From: a virus
Lineage: Duplodnaviria > Caudoviricetes
IMG/VR virus record: IMGVR_UViG_3300020042_004711
Location: 1 to 54,857 of that record
DNA length: 54,857 nucleotides
Reading direction: 5' to 3' (one strand)
Program-made: the position numbers and the translations under genes
Shown here: piece after piece, positions 18,486 through 26,712 of the stretch
Position numbering within the stretch: the first letter of the stretch is position 1
Layout: each line of letters begins with the position of its first letter
Notes under the pieces: generated by a model
Told to the model about the DNA's origin: nothing
What the model saw: only the letters and a program-made list of their open reading frames with translations
Database searches by the model: none

Positions 18486-20308
18486 TAACAATCTCCGTAA
18501 GTTCGAGCCATGCCTGACTCACAATCAAGAGGTAACCCCTTCGCCCATGCGGGAGGCATCCTCATACATGCTTCAATATATTCTTTTGCGTAGGCCGCGT
18601 CGTCTTCAGGTACGATGCAAGCAATTGCATCATGCACAGTCAGCACCACGCGGTATAGCTTCTCAATCTGAATCATCTGCTCGCCAATGATGCAACGGGC
18701 AACTGCTTGGCAAAGGTTCTCTGCAACCTTGCCGCCATACAACCTGTTCATACCCGTGCGTGTCTTGTACGTAAACTCCCCGCTACTGTGGCGCGTAAGC
18801 TCGGGGTAACTCTGCATCAGGCCATTTGGTAAGCTAATGCCGGTAAAGGGCTCAAGCGTCATCAAACCGGGCACATCAACATTTGATGGTTTGTTATGGA
18901 GCATGTTGTTCAAGACTATGTTCAGATGATTCCACCACCCCGATATGTTTGTGTTAGCCAGTCGGTATTGTTTAATGATGAACTTGCACGTATCAATGTC
19001 GACATCTTTGCCCATTGTTTTTAACTGCATCTGAAACTTAACTGCCCCCATACCGTAACCTGCGCCAAGCACTGTGGTCTTGCCAATAAAACGTTGTTCG
19101 GGGGTCACGTCTGCTGTAGGAATACTAAAAATTGTTGCGGCCATGTATTTGTACACGTCTTGCTTGGTAGAAAACAAATGCAAAATCTTGCTCTCTCCCG
19201 CAAGCCACGCCAATACCCGTGCCTCAATCTGCGACGAGTCACAATCAATGATGACGTGCCCGCGAGGTGCAACAAGGCAACGCTTGAGTTTGCCGCCTTC
19301 TGTGCCACGGCTCGGTAGGTTCTGAAGGTTCACCTTGTCAGAGCCGCCCCACCTACCGGTGTGAGCCGCGTAGTATTTCAACGGAATAGGTAGACGACGA
19401 AGAGCGCCGCCGATATGCCCGCGACGTGCGATAGATATAAATCGCTCGGTGCGCGTCTCCTCAAGCGTAGACTTAGCCCCCACCCGTGCGGCAACTAACG
19501 CTTGCACCACTTCATTGGGATGCTCGAGTAAAGCCATGAACTCAGCGTCACTCTTAGCAAAGGCAAAGGTGTCCTTGCCTGTCGCGGGGCTGATCTTGAT
19601 GGGTGGACTAACACCCTGCTGAACAAGCAACTCAGCAAACTTGGCGCTACTGTTAAGTATTTCCTTCGTGATGCCCGCCTCAACAAACAAACGTTCCTTG
19701 CGGTCACGCACCTCAATAAGATGGGACTCGAGCTTATCCACGTCAAGCTCAAGCAGTGGGTCACTGAACATGCGGATGGTGATGTCAATCAAACGCTTCT
19801 CAATGATGGGGAAGCTAGACATCTCGTGGTACAGCTTATAGGTTAGCTCGACGTCGTTCTTGCAGTACTCACCATACTGCATCAACTGATCAGCAGGAAA
19901 GTCCTCAAGGCGCAAGCCCTTGGCATCGTTCACCTCCAAACCTTTTGCACCAATACCAAAATGCTCAGCCAACGCGCCAAGCCGTCCGCTAACAGTAATA
20001 CCAAACAATGCTCTAGCCATGGACAAGGTATCAAACCAAGCCTTGGGTTTTTGCCCAAAGACCCACGTCAGGATAGCCGCATCAAACATTGCGTTATGGG
20101 CTAGCACGAAGTGGTTCCTCCAATCGAAGTGCGCCAACCACTCGGCCGTCTCTTCCAAACTTCCGGTGAACCATTCGGCCGGTTCGGAATTTACCTTGAC
20201 CGCCACGCCAATCACTTGGAACTGCGGGTCACGCACGTACTCCTCCGTTGTTAGACGGGTTAAAGAATACTCACGGCTGTAGTACGTCTCGAAGTCGATG
20301 GTGATCAT
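18485..20308 (-). CDS. DNA polymerase family A with 3'-5' exonuclease domain
   Basis: IDFETY (ExoI), AHNAMFD (ExoII), NLQNLP, DSSQIEARVLA (motif A), RFIGKTTVLGAGYG (motif B), TVHDA (motif C). Confidence 0.93.
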   Translation of the reverse strand: MITIDFETYYSREYSLTRLTTEEYVRDPQFQVIGVAVKVNSEPAEWFTGSLEETAEWLAHFDWRNHFVLAHNAMFDAAILTWVFGQKPKAWFDTLSMARALFGITVSGRLGALAEHFGIGAKGLEVNDAKGLRLEDFPADQLMQYGEYCKNDVELTYKLYHEMSSFPIIEKRLIDITIRMFSDPLLELDVDKLESHLIEVRDRKERLFVEAGITKEILNSSAKFAELLVQQGVSPPIKISPATGKDTFAFAKSDAEFMALLEHPNEVVQALVAARVGAKSTLEETRTERFISIARRGHIGGALRRLPIPLKYYAAHTGRWGGSDKVNLQNLPSRGTEGGKLKRCLVAPRGHVIIDCDSSQIEARVLAWLAGESKILHLFSTKQDVYKYMAATIFSIPTADVTPEQRFIGKTTVLGAGYGMGAVKFQMQLKTMGKDVDIDTCKFIIKQYRLANTNISGWWNHLNIVLNNMLHNKPSNVDVPGLMTLEPFTGISLPNGLMQSYPELTRHSSGEFTYKTRTGMNRLYGGKVAENLCQAVARCIIGEQMIQIEKLYRVVLTVHDAIACIVPEDDAAYAKEYIEACMRMPPAWAKGLPLDCESGMARTYGDC

Positions 20309-20652
20309 GGAGTTGTGGCTCGGGGTCTAACGATCACGCGCTTGCTTTGTGTAATAGTTGATGGTGAGCTCGCGTCCATTACCTCCCGCAACTTGGCGTT
20401 TATGTCCATGTTGACGTTCCACTGACCTTGGCCGATAACAACTTCCTCAATGATGCGATTCATGTCGTGCATACGCCTAACCCGTTTATACACGCGACGG
20501 ACAACGTAACGCTCAAACCGCGTAAGTTCAAGCTCGCTAATTAGAATTCCAAGGTTCTTCAAGGAACGGGTATCAAATTCTTGGGACTCAAGTTTCTCCA
20601 TGAGAGCCTTGAGTTGATCGCACACAAGGGGGCGTAGTAGGTTGTCTATCAT
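20305..20652 (-). CDS. Hypothetical protein
   Basis: ATGA-coupled between the nuclease and polymerase genes. Confidence 0.6.
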   Translation of the reverse strand: MIDNLLRPLVCDQLKALMEKLESQEFDTRSLKNLGILISELELTRFERYVVRRVYKRVRRMHDMNRIIEEVVIGQGQWNVNMDINAKLREVMDASSPSTITQSKRVIVRPRATTP

Positions 20653-20954
20653 GCTGGTTGCTTTCCTATTTGTTCAAGAACTGCTGTAACTTGATCTATG
20701 TTTGTTTCGTTGATCACAAGCGCATAGCCTCCCGCGTCTTCAATGGCGCGTAACTCTCTACGTTGCAATGCTGTAGTGGTATTCTTGCCCGCCTTGCATT
20801 CAATAGCTATGAACTGCCCGCAGTAACACACTATGATATCGGGTATACCGGTACGGCCAAAGCCGTTACTAGGTGGGAAAAAGAAGTAGGCATCATACTT
20901 GTTTAGTATGACTGTTACTTTACGCTTTACTTTGGTTTCGGGGGTGAGTGCCAT
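20649..20954 (-). CDS. VRR-NUC-type nuclease / Holliday junction resolvase-like protein
   Basis: TPETKVK, GIPDII, AIECKAG, LQRREL, AGG motifs. Confidence 0.8.
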   Translation of the reverse strand: MALTPETKVKRKVTVILNKYDAYFFFPPSNGFGRTGIPDIIVCYCGQFIAIECKAGKNTTTALQRRELRAIEDAGGYALVINETNIDQVTAVLEQIGKQPA

Positions 20955-20960
20955 ACTTCT

Positions 20961-20988
20961 AATGTAGGGCATAACTGGACTATGTCAA
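20961..20988 (-). promoter_or_regulatory. Sigma70-type promoter at the start of the replication operon (probably leaderless mRNA)
   Basis: TTGACA-16nt-TACATT; ATG 6 nt downstream of the -10 box with no RBS. Confidence 0.6.
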
Positions 20989-21025
20989 GTCTTTTTATAA
21001 AAATATTTTATAGGTGTTAACACTA

Positions 21026-21054
21026 GGACACATCGACAACTTGTCGATAAGTCC
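21026..21054. repeat. 29-bp palindromic element, copy 1
   Basis: GGACAC ATCGACA ACT TGTCGAT AAGTCC. Confidence 0.9.
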
Positions 21055-21060
21055 ATAGAC

Positions 21061-21088
21061 AAAAAAAGACCCGCACTGGGCGGGTCTC
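21061..21088 (-). terminator. Rho-independent terminator ending the early operon
   Basis: AGACCCGC-5nt-GCGGGTCT stem followed by a T run on the - strand. Confidence 0.85.
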
Positions 21089-21092
21089 TTAC

Positions 21093-21989
21093 TTACTCTT
21101 GCTTGTGCATCATAGCAAATAGATCATCTAGTATGTAGAAGTTTCTATCGTTGAATCGAAAGCCTACGTCATCTACTAGTTCGCTGTTCTCCATTAGCTG
21201 AAGTACAGCTAGGGCACTCTGTGCTTTCTCCGGCAGCTCGTCGAATGGTTTGTATTCTATAGCATGGGAGTCAGCGTGGTAGCGCTTGATCAGATACGCA
21301 TCGTTGTATTGCACGACTACTGCGTACTGCTTATTCATCATCTTCTCAGCGAGCAGGTACTCAAGCATTGCCTTCTCATACTTCTCAGATAAGAAGTCCC
21401 TGCGCATTACCTCTTTTGCACCATCGGGTATCTCCTCTCCGCGTAGCAACAGATACAGATACCTCTGCATGATCGTAGTATTCGGCACCATGTCGCTGTG
21501 CTGTATCGGCCGTGTTAGGTCGCGTATAGCACCGTGAAACGCACTGTTAATCTCTGCACTTGCCTTTTCAATTATCTCTGCCGCTATCATAGGTAGGAAG
21601 GTCTTCTTCACGATGCGCACCGCGCCCGTTAGCTTGTTAGTGGTACTCGTGTTAGCACTACCTCGTTGGTTATCAATACGCCACGATTTAATGCAGTAGA
21701 TCGGCTCCGTCGGACCTCTACGCGCATAGCGAGTGTCAATAGAGATTTCACCAAGATGCTCAGCGCCCTTGTAGACACGCACAATACGCAAGAACTCTAC
21801 GTTTTCAGGAGGTACGATCTTCCTGTCCTGTATAGCAGATTTGCTTGTGTTGTATTTAATGCCCTGATTACTTATACCTTTAGTGGTAAAGGTAAACGCT
21901 GGCATGTCTAAGGCAAGTTTGTTTACCAACTCCTGTAGGAATGGGTCAAGCGCATAGAGTGTGGGTATTTGAATGTTTGCAAATGACAT
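21093..21989 (-). CDS. Hypothetical early protein
   Basis: 298-aa ORF, last in the early operon. Confidence 0.75.
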   Translation of the reverse strand: MSFANIQIPTLYALDPFLQELVNKLALDMPAFTFTTKGISNQGIKYNTSKSAIQDRKIVPPENVEFLRIVRVYKGAEHLGEISIDTRYARRGPTEPIYCIKSWRIDNQRGSANTSTTNKLTGAVRIVKKTFLPMIAAEIIEKASAEINSAFHGAIRDLTRPIQHSDMVPNTTIMQRYLYLLLRGEEIPDGAKEVMRRDFLSEKYEKAMLEYLLAEKMMNKQYAVVVQYNDAYLIKRYHADSHAIEYKPFDELPEKAQSALAVLQLMENSELVDDVGFRFNDRNFYILDDLFAMMHKQE

Positions 21990-21994
21990 AGTTA

Positions 21995-22879
21995 TTACCA
22001 GTTAAATTTGTTGAGGATGTCTTGAACATTTGTTTTGAGTTCTAGTCGTGCGCCCATATCAGAACGTAAATCGTCTATGTCGGTCGTCGTCACGGCCTGC
22101 TCTAGCATACGACGTGCCTTTTCCAGCTCAGGGTCTTTGGTGACATTGAGTCGGGTCAGCAAGTCGCATAGGTCTATAGCGTTGTCAATCAAAGAGTCAC
22201 GGAAAATCTTACGATCACCATCTTCTTTGTCAGTCAGCTTATCGGTCATGTGCATCAGCACAGCATGTAGCCTATCCCATGGGTCACGCATAGCTTCTGA
22301 TAGTTTGTCGTTGAACATCTTCTCGTACTGCTCTTGCAAGTCAGCCTTGACACGAGCCTCGCAGTTGATGCGGAAGTCACCACTCTCAGGCACAGGCAAG
22401 AAGTTGTACTCAAACTTGAAGCGTCGAGGCAATGTCTCCACATCGGGGAACTCATCAGCACGGTAATACTTACCCAGCTTGAACGCTTGGTCATTCTTTA
22501 TCTGTGGGTAAGCAATGATGAAGTCTTTGACTAGCGAGTAGAAGTTAGCCTCCATCGTGCCGAGTTGCTCGCGGTACTTGAAGAAGTTCTCCATAGGTAA
22601 TAGACCTACGCCCTTCATCCAAGGCAAGGTCTGCGTTGAGTTCCATGCTCTGCACTTGGCCGAGTACTTCTCTATCTTCTTGAGGTGGTCACTGCCCGCC
22701 ATGAGGTACTTGTATACCGAGCCCGCATCTTGGTCAGCTTCTTTGGATGTGTTGACATCCATGGTTGTCTCGTTATCACGCTTGCGTGCAGTCCATGTGC
22801 TGATACGCAACTCCACAAGCATGGCCATGGATGATAAGGAGACGATGGGTGCCGTAATCGTCAATGTATTCTGTGTCAT
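21995..22879 (-). CDS. Early protein, possibly DUF3150-like
   Basis: MLVELRISTWTARKRD...TLPW...LLP pattern; AGGAG RBS; family assignment is recall only. Confidence 0.55.
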   Translation of the reverse strand: MTQNTLTITAPIVSLSSMAMLVELRISTWTARKRDNETTMDVNTSKEADQDAGSVYKYLMAGSDHLKKIEKYSAKCRAWNSTQTLPWMKGVGLLPMENFFKYREQLGTMEANFYSLVKDFIIAYPQIKNDQAFKLGKYYRADEFPDVETLPRRFKFEYNFLPVPESGDFRINCEARVKADLQEQYEKMFNDKLSEAMRDPWDRLHAVLMHMTDKLTDKEDGDRKIFRDSLIDNAIDLCDLLTRLNVTKDPELEKARRMLEQAVTTTDIDDLRSDMGARLELKTNVQDILNKFNW

Positions 22880-22897
22880 AGGATTCTCCTGATTAAA

Positions 22898-23947
22898 TTA
22901 AATGGATTTATCGACAACCTGTCGAAGTTTCCGAGGTACGAAATGGTTCTCTCTGAAGAACTTGTTGTTAGTGCGTGATGGCTTAGTACCCTTGGGTAGA
23001 CGTACGCGCTCGAACACTTGGTCTCTGTGCAAGTAAGACACGAACGTCTTCATCCAATCGACCGTGTTTACAATGCTTAGTTTTCTTGAGTTCCTCGACG
23101 CCCACATGTGGCTACCCGCTTGGGAAGCAATGATGTGCAGTAGTTGTACCCACTCATCAGGGTCGCCTCTGTCTATCATCGCTTGCGCTTTCTGACACGC
23201 TATAGGGTGAAAGCCCACGCCTCTACGCCAATCGTTGTAGCCGTAGCCAAACGGAATAGCATCACGCGCATAGCGTTCATCCCACAGTTCGTCACGTTCT
23301 TGTGGTGATAGCTTTTGGTCGTTACTCGCCTTGTACTCCTCGAGGCTGAAGAACCCTAAGTCCGTGGCATACTTCTCGAATGAGATGGTAATTTCATCTG
23401 ACTCGAACGTATCGGTAACAGCAAGCACAACTTGCGCCCACGACAGGAACCCTTCGTATCTCTGCATGTACTCATTTAGCTTGCCCCGCTTAGACCGTGT
23501 GTTGTAAGCAACAGGGGCGGTGAGCAGGAACGACTTACCGTCTACATACTGGAAGTCAAGCCTACCAGTATTACGCGGTAACTCATACATCTCTGTACGA
23601 TTGTGGTTTACGCAGTAGAACAGACGGCCCTCGTTCCACAAGAAGTTCTGAGACACATCCGGTAAGAAGTTATGGATGTTGTCAGGCGAGTACGCGCTGT
23701 AGTATTTGGGTGCAAATACAGAATAGGTATTGTCCGAACGCCACTCAACGAGCGTCTGTCCGTAGTACCGCAACTGCACCGTGTTGTCATCAGGCATATG
23801 GATGTCAGCCATGTAGTGATGCTGACGGCTACCCAGTGGGCGAATCTTGTCCTTGTGCCCACGGATAGGTTTAGTTTTGTCGTACTGTAGCTTATAGGCT
23901 ACGAAGCCCCCTGCTACCTTGCGCACGTCTGCTGTGTTGTATCCCAT
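22898..23947 (-). CDS. Hypothetical early protein
   Basis: 349-aa ORF; its last codons carry palindrome copy 2. Confidence 0.75.
   Translation of the reverse strand: MGYNTADVRKVAGGFVAYKLQYDKTKPIRGHKDKIRPLGSRQHHYMADIHMPDDNTVQLRYYGQTLVEWRSDNTYSVFAPKYYSAYSPDNIHNFLPDVSQNFLWNEGRLFYCVNHNRTEMYELPRNTGRLDFQYVDGKSFLLTAPVAYNTRSKRGKLNEYMQRYEGFLSWAQVVLAVTDTFESDEITISFEKYATDLGFFSLEEYKASNDQKLSPQERDELWDERYARDAIPFGYGYNDWRRGVGFHPIACQKAQAMIDRGDPDEWVQLLHIIASQAGSHMWASRNSRKLSIVNTVDWMKTFVSYLHRDQVFERVRLPKGTKPSRTNNKFFRENHFVPRKLRQVVDKSI
22904..22932. repeat. 29-bp palindromic element, copy 2
   Basis: GGATTT ATCGACA ACC TGTCGAA GTTTCC. Confidence 0.85.
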
Positions 23948-23948
23948 T

Positions 23949-24146
23949 TCATTTTCCCTTCAATAAAGAATGTTGGATATAAGACATGCTTCTGCTGAGC
24001 ATGTTGCTTTCAAGCAACTGTTTCTGTTGCTGTAGTATTTGGTTCTCGCTTGCGAGACACCCGATGTGAGGGCGCGTGCCCTGTTTATAAACAACCTGAC
24101 CTTTGGCTAATACAACTAGTGGCATATGGTTCGGATACATCGACAC
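23949..24146 (-). CDS. Hypothetical protein (start uncertain)
   Basis: Fills the operon gap; 5' end overlaps palindrome copy 3. Confidence 0.45.
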   Translation of the reverse strand: MSMYPNHMPLVVLAKGQVVYKQGTRPHIGCLASENQILQQQKQLLESNMLSRSMSYIQHSLLKGK

Positions 24147-24161
24147 GGTGTCGATTACTCC
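24133..24161. repeat. 29-bp palindromic element, copy 3
   Basis: GGATAC ATCGACA CGG TGTCGAT TACTCC. Confidence 0.9.
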
Positions 24162-24316
24162 GCCTCCCCGTTGTAAAACGCAATCAAGTGTTTGACCACC
24201 TGACCGTTCGTTGGTTGAAAGCCTAGCTTAGACACGAGCCCTTCCCTTACCTCTTGCAGTAGATCAAAGGTCTCTTGGTTAAGCGTGACCACAAAGTTTT
24301 GTACAGTTGGTTTCAT
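24155..24316 (-). CDS. 53-aa ribbon-helix-helix-like protein (not in the ORF track)
   Basis: MKPTVQNFVVTLNQETFDLLQEVREGLVSKLGFQPTNGQVVKHLIAFYNGEAE; ATGA-coupled to the upstream ORF. Confidence 0.6.
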   Translation of the reverse strand: MKPTVQNFVVTLNQETFDLLQEVREGLVSKLGFQPTNGQVVKHLIAFYNGEAE

Positions 24317-24561
24317 TTCTTTTCATCCAGTACTCGTTGATTGGTTTCCAACTCCATACGAAAGATCGCGGTCATTGGGGCGACAACTGCTGACATAAGA
24401 TGTGGGCGCTTGAGGACATGGTTACGCCCTTGCGGTACATCCTTGAGCCACTCAGTTCCAATGGTCTGAGAGGCGTTGAGCAACGATGCAATCTGCATCG
24501 CCTCATCCAGACCCATCAGAAACTTTGAGTCTCCGATACACAATATAAACTCATCAGACAT
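24313..24561 (-). CDS. Hypothetical protein
   Basis: AAGGAG RBS; operon continuity. Confidence 0.7.
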   Translation of the reverse strand: MSDEFILCIGDSKFLMGLDEAMQIASLLNASQTIGTEWLKDVPQGRNHVLKRPHLMSAVVAPMTAIFRMELETNQRVLDEKK

Positions 24562-24562
24562 T

Positions 24563-25852
24563 TTAAATCTCCTTGATAGTTACGAGTTGACCCCTTGGTG
24601 GGGTATAGCTATCGTTGCCGATGATGCACCACAAGATAGGCGCATTGACTCGCGCCCAACCCGGCGGATGGCTGTGCATATACCCATCAGAGAGCATCAC
24701 GAGTGCGTCAGGCTTTAGTTTATGTTCGGTCATAAACTCAGGTACGCAATCAGGGTCTGTACCACCACCGCCCTTTGGACTTGTTCTGCTGACAATGTCA
24801 GTTACGTTTAGTGTGTACGTCTCATGCCCATTCACGCGAGTATCCCAATACAGGACATCCACACGATCAGGCAGAACATCCTTGATGAGTTTGTTCATCT
24901 CAGATAAGAACGCATCAAGCAGAGGTCCGTGTACAGAGCCTGACGTATCCATCGCTATCACGAGGTGCTTCATCTTCTTACCGATGATCGCAGGCAGGAT
25001 AACGTCTTGCCACAAGTAGTTCTTGTGAGCCTTGCGCCACGATGGTGCGTCACGCCCGCGTAAGTTAGTCTTCACAAACCGCTTGAGCACTTCACGCCAG
25101 TCAACCTTCGGTGCAAGAAGTTCACCGATCTCTCTGGACATATTGCCACCTACTTTGCCAGCATAGATTGCGCCTTGGCGCAGCGCGTGATCAATGTCCT
25201 GTTCGAGTTGCCTCTTCTCATCCTCAGACAGACCATCCTTTGCGCCATCCCAATCGTGCTCGTCGAGGGACTTTCCGACATCCTGTCGATTAGTCTCTGG
25301 ATGCCCGTTCCCACTCTTGGTAGGACCGTCAGCCTCATCGCCATCATCACATGGTGGACCGTCACCATCAGGTGGTGGGTTGTCAGCCTGCTCTTGACGC
25401 AAGATATCAAACACTTGACGCGCATCCATACCGCGGAAGCGCGTGTCAAAGCAACCCTGATACTTACCGGTCTTAGGGTCGCGTGGATGCGAGAGGACAT
25501 TCTCGTTGGGGTCCATGTCGAACAAGTGAAGATTGATCACATGGTCGCACGCACGATTCGCTAGATCGTGATCGATATCATGCAAGTTCTTCCATATCGT
25601 TAGATGACGATAGCACTTGTGCATGTTCTCGTGCATCACAAGGAAAGCCAACTCTTTGTCAGTCAAACTATCCACGAACGCACGACCATACTCTGCATCA
25701 CGACCATTGGTGCGTGCAGTAGACACAGTATCAGACACGCTTGTCTTGCCTACCATAAACAAACCTGCAAATAGCGCAAACATCTTGTCGCGCATCAGGC
25801 TCACATGAACAAGTTCGATACGTTGCTCAGCTGTCAGTTTTCTCATTAGCAT
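24563..25852 (-). CDS. Metallopeptidase-vWA protein (DUF2201-like)
   Basis: N-terminal HENMH (HExxH); acidic linker; C-terminal vWA MIDAS DTSGS, GGGGT, LSDG. Confidence 0.85.
   Translation of the reverse strand: MLMRKLTAEQRIELVHVSLMRDKMFALFAGLFMVGKTSVSDTVSTARTNGRDAEYGRAFVDSLTDKELAFLVMHENMHKCYRHLTIWKNLHDIDHDLANRACDHVINLHLFDMDPNENVLSHPRDPKTGKYQGCFDTRFRGMDARQVFDILRQEQADNPPPDGDGPPCDDGDEADGPTKSGNGHPETNRQDVGKSLDEHDWDGAKDGLSEDEKRQLEQDIDHALRQGAIYAGKVGGNMSREIGELLAPKVDWREVLKRFVKTNLRGRDAPSWRKAHKNYLWQDVILPAIIGKKMKHLVIAMDTSGSVHGPLLDAFLSEMNKLIKDVLPDRVDVLYWDTRVNGHETYTLNVTDIVSRTSPKGGGGTDPDCVPEFMTEHKLKPDALVMLSDGYMHSHPPGWARVNAPILWCIIGNDSYTPPRGQLVTIKEI
25268..25296. repeat. 29-bp palindromic element, copy 4 (intragenic)
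   Basis: GGACTT TCCGACA TCC TGTCGAT TAGTCT, inside the linker of the vWA gene. Confidence 0.75.
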
Positions 25853-26015
25853 TTCTATGCTCCTCTCGTTGTTGAATTACAAATACCTCGATGTCATGCG
25901 CGGCCTCATGCTCACCTATCAGGCGAAGTTGAGCCGCGAACGCCATGCCCGCTTGATAAAGGTTGTCGTATTGGTTAGTCATCTTCATTCTCTGACCCAC
26001 CCTCGTAAGTTTCAT
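25827..26015 (-). CDS. Hypothetical protein (start probably near 25989)
   Basis: Operon continuity; GGAGGG upstream of an internal ATG. Confidence 0.5.
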   Translation of the reverse strand: MKLTRVGQRMKMTNQYDNLYQAGMAFAAQLRLIGEHEAAHDIEVFVIQQREEHRNANEKTDS

Positions 26016-26229
26016 TGAAGTCAGTCAACGCCCGTATCTTGCTCTCGTTGATTACGTGCTCGGTCACCGACCAGTCAAGAGTACGCGCCTCTATGGGCAG
26101 GTGCATATACTTCCTAGTCCGATTGACAAAGCCGTGTGCATCGAACGATGACTCGAACACATACAGGTGCTCAACTTCGTGGTCTTTAAAGTCGGCTTCA
26201 CGCCCGACTGCTATCCATATGCTTCTCAT
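25975..26229 (-). CDS. Hypothetical protein
   Basis: AAGGA RBS; ATGA coupling. Confidence 0.65.
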   Translation of the reverse strand: MRSIWIAVGREADFKDHEVEHLYVFESSFDAHGFVNRTRKYMHLPIEARTLDWSVTEHVINESKIRALTDFNETYEGGSENEDD

Positions 26230-26489
26230 TGCATCTTCCTTGGTTGTTTATCAATAACTACTGCTGTGTCTTCCAGCTTGGTTATCTTGCTGTTGGACAA
26301 CGGCACAGACGTATCGAACTCCATGGACAGGCGTGTCCACACAGTTGCGTTCCATTTGGCTAGACGCTGGCTTGTGATGTGAATCCATCGCCCGCTGGTC
26401 TTGTCGACTACATCAAAGCCCTCATTGACAGGCACGATGTAGCAGTTGCGGTAGCTGACAGGGGCTCCGATTGTTGCTGTTCTAGTCAT
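26226..26489 (-). CDS. Hypothetical protein
   Basis: AGGAG RBS; ATGA coupling. Confidence 0.65.
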   Translation of the reverse strand: MTRTATIGAPVSYRNCYIVPVNEGFDVVDKTSGRWIHITSQRLAKWNATVWTRLSMEFDTSVPLSNSKITKLEDTAVVIDKQPRKMQ

Positions 26490-26659
26490 TTGCTTTCTCC
26501 TATTTCTTTTAAGTCATGCACTTCCATCTCACCGCTCACGCTATCCCCTATTGGGTTCGCGCGGTCGTACATAAGTATCTCGGCTTGCTCTTTCGTGTCA
26601 GCCAGTACTGTGAGTTCTTCCTGATATGTAGTTATCACTACGCCTTTCCATGCTTTCAT
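26486..26659 (-). CDS. Hypothetical protein (57 aa, not in the ORF track)
   Basis: MKAWKGVVITTYQEELTVLADTKEQAE...; AAGGA RBS; ATGA overlap with the next gene. Confidence 0.65.
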   Translation of the reverse strand: MKAWKGVVITTYQEELTVLADTKEQAEILMYDRANPIGDSVSGEMEVHDLKEIGESK

Positions 26660-26683
26660 TTTGTTTTCCTTGGTTGGTTAGTT

Positions 26684-26712
26684 GGACTTATCGACACCGT
26701 GTCGATTTATCC
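26684..26712. repeat. 29-bp palindromic element, copy 5
   Basis: GGACTT ATCGACA CCG TGTCGAT TTATCC; overlaps the ATPase stop codon. Confidence 0.9.

Noticed and set aside
14153-26680. Recurring AACCAAGGA upstream of several - strand genes (14152, 17818, 26229, 26659)
   Set aside because: Adequately explained as Shine-Dalgarno context
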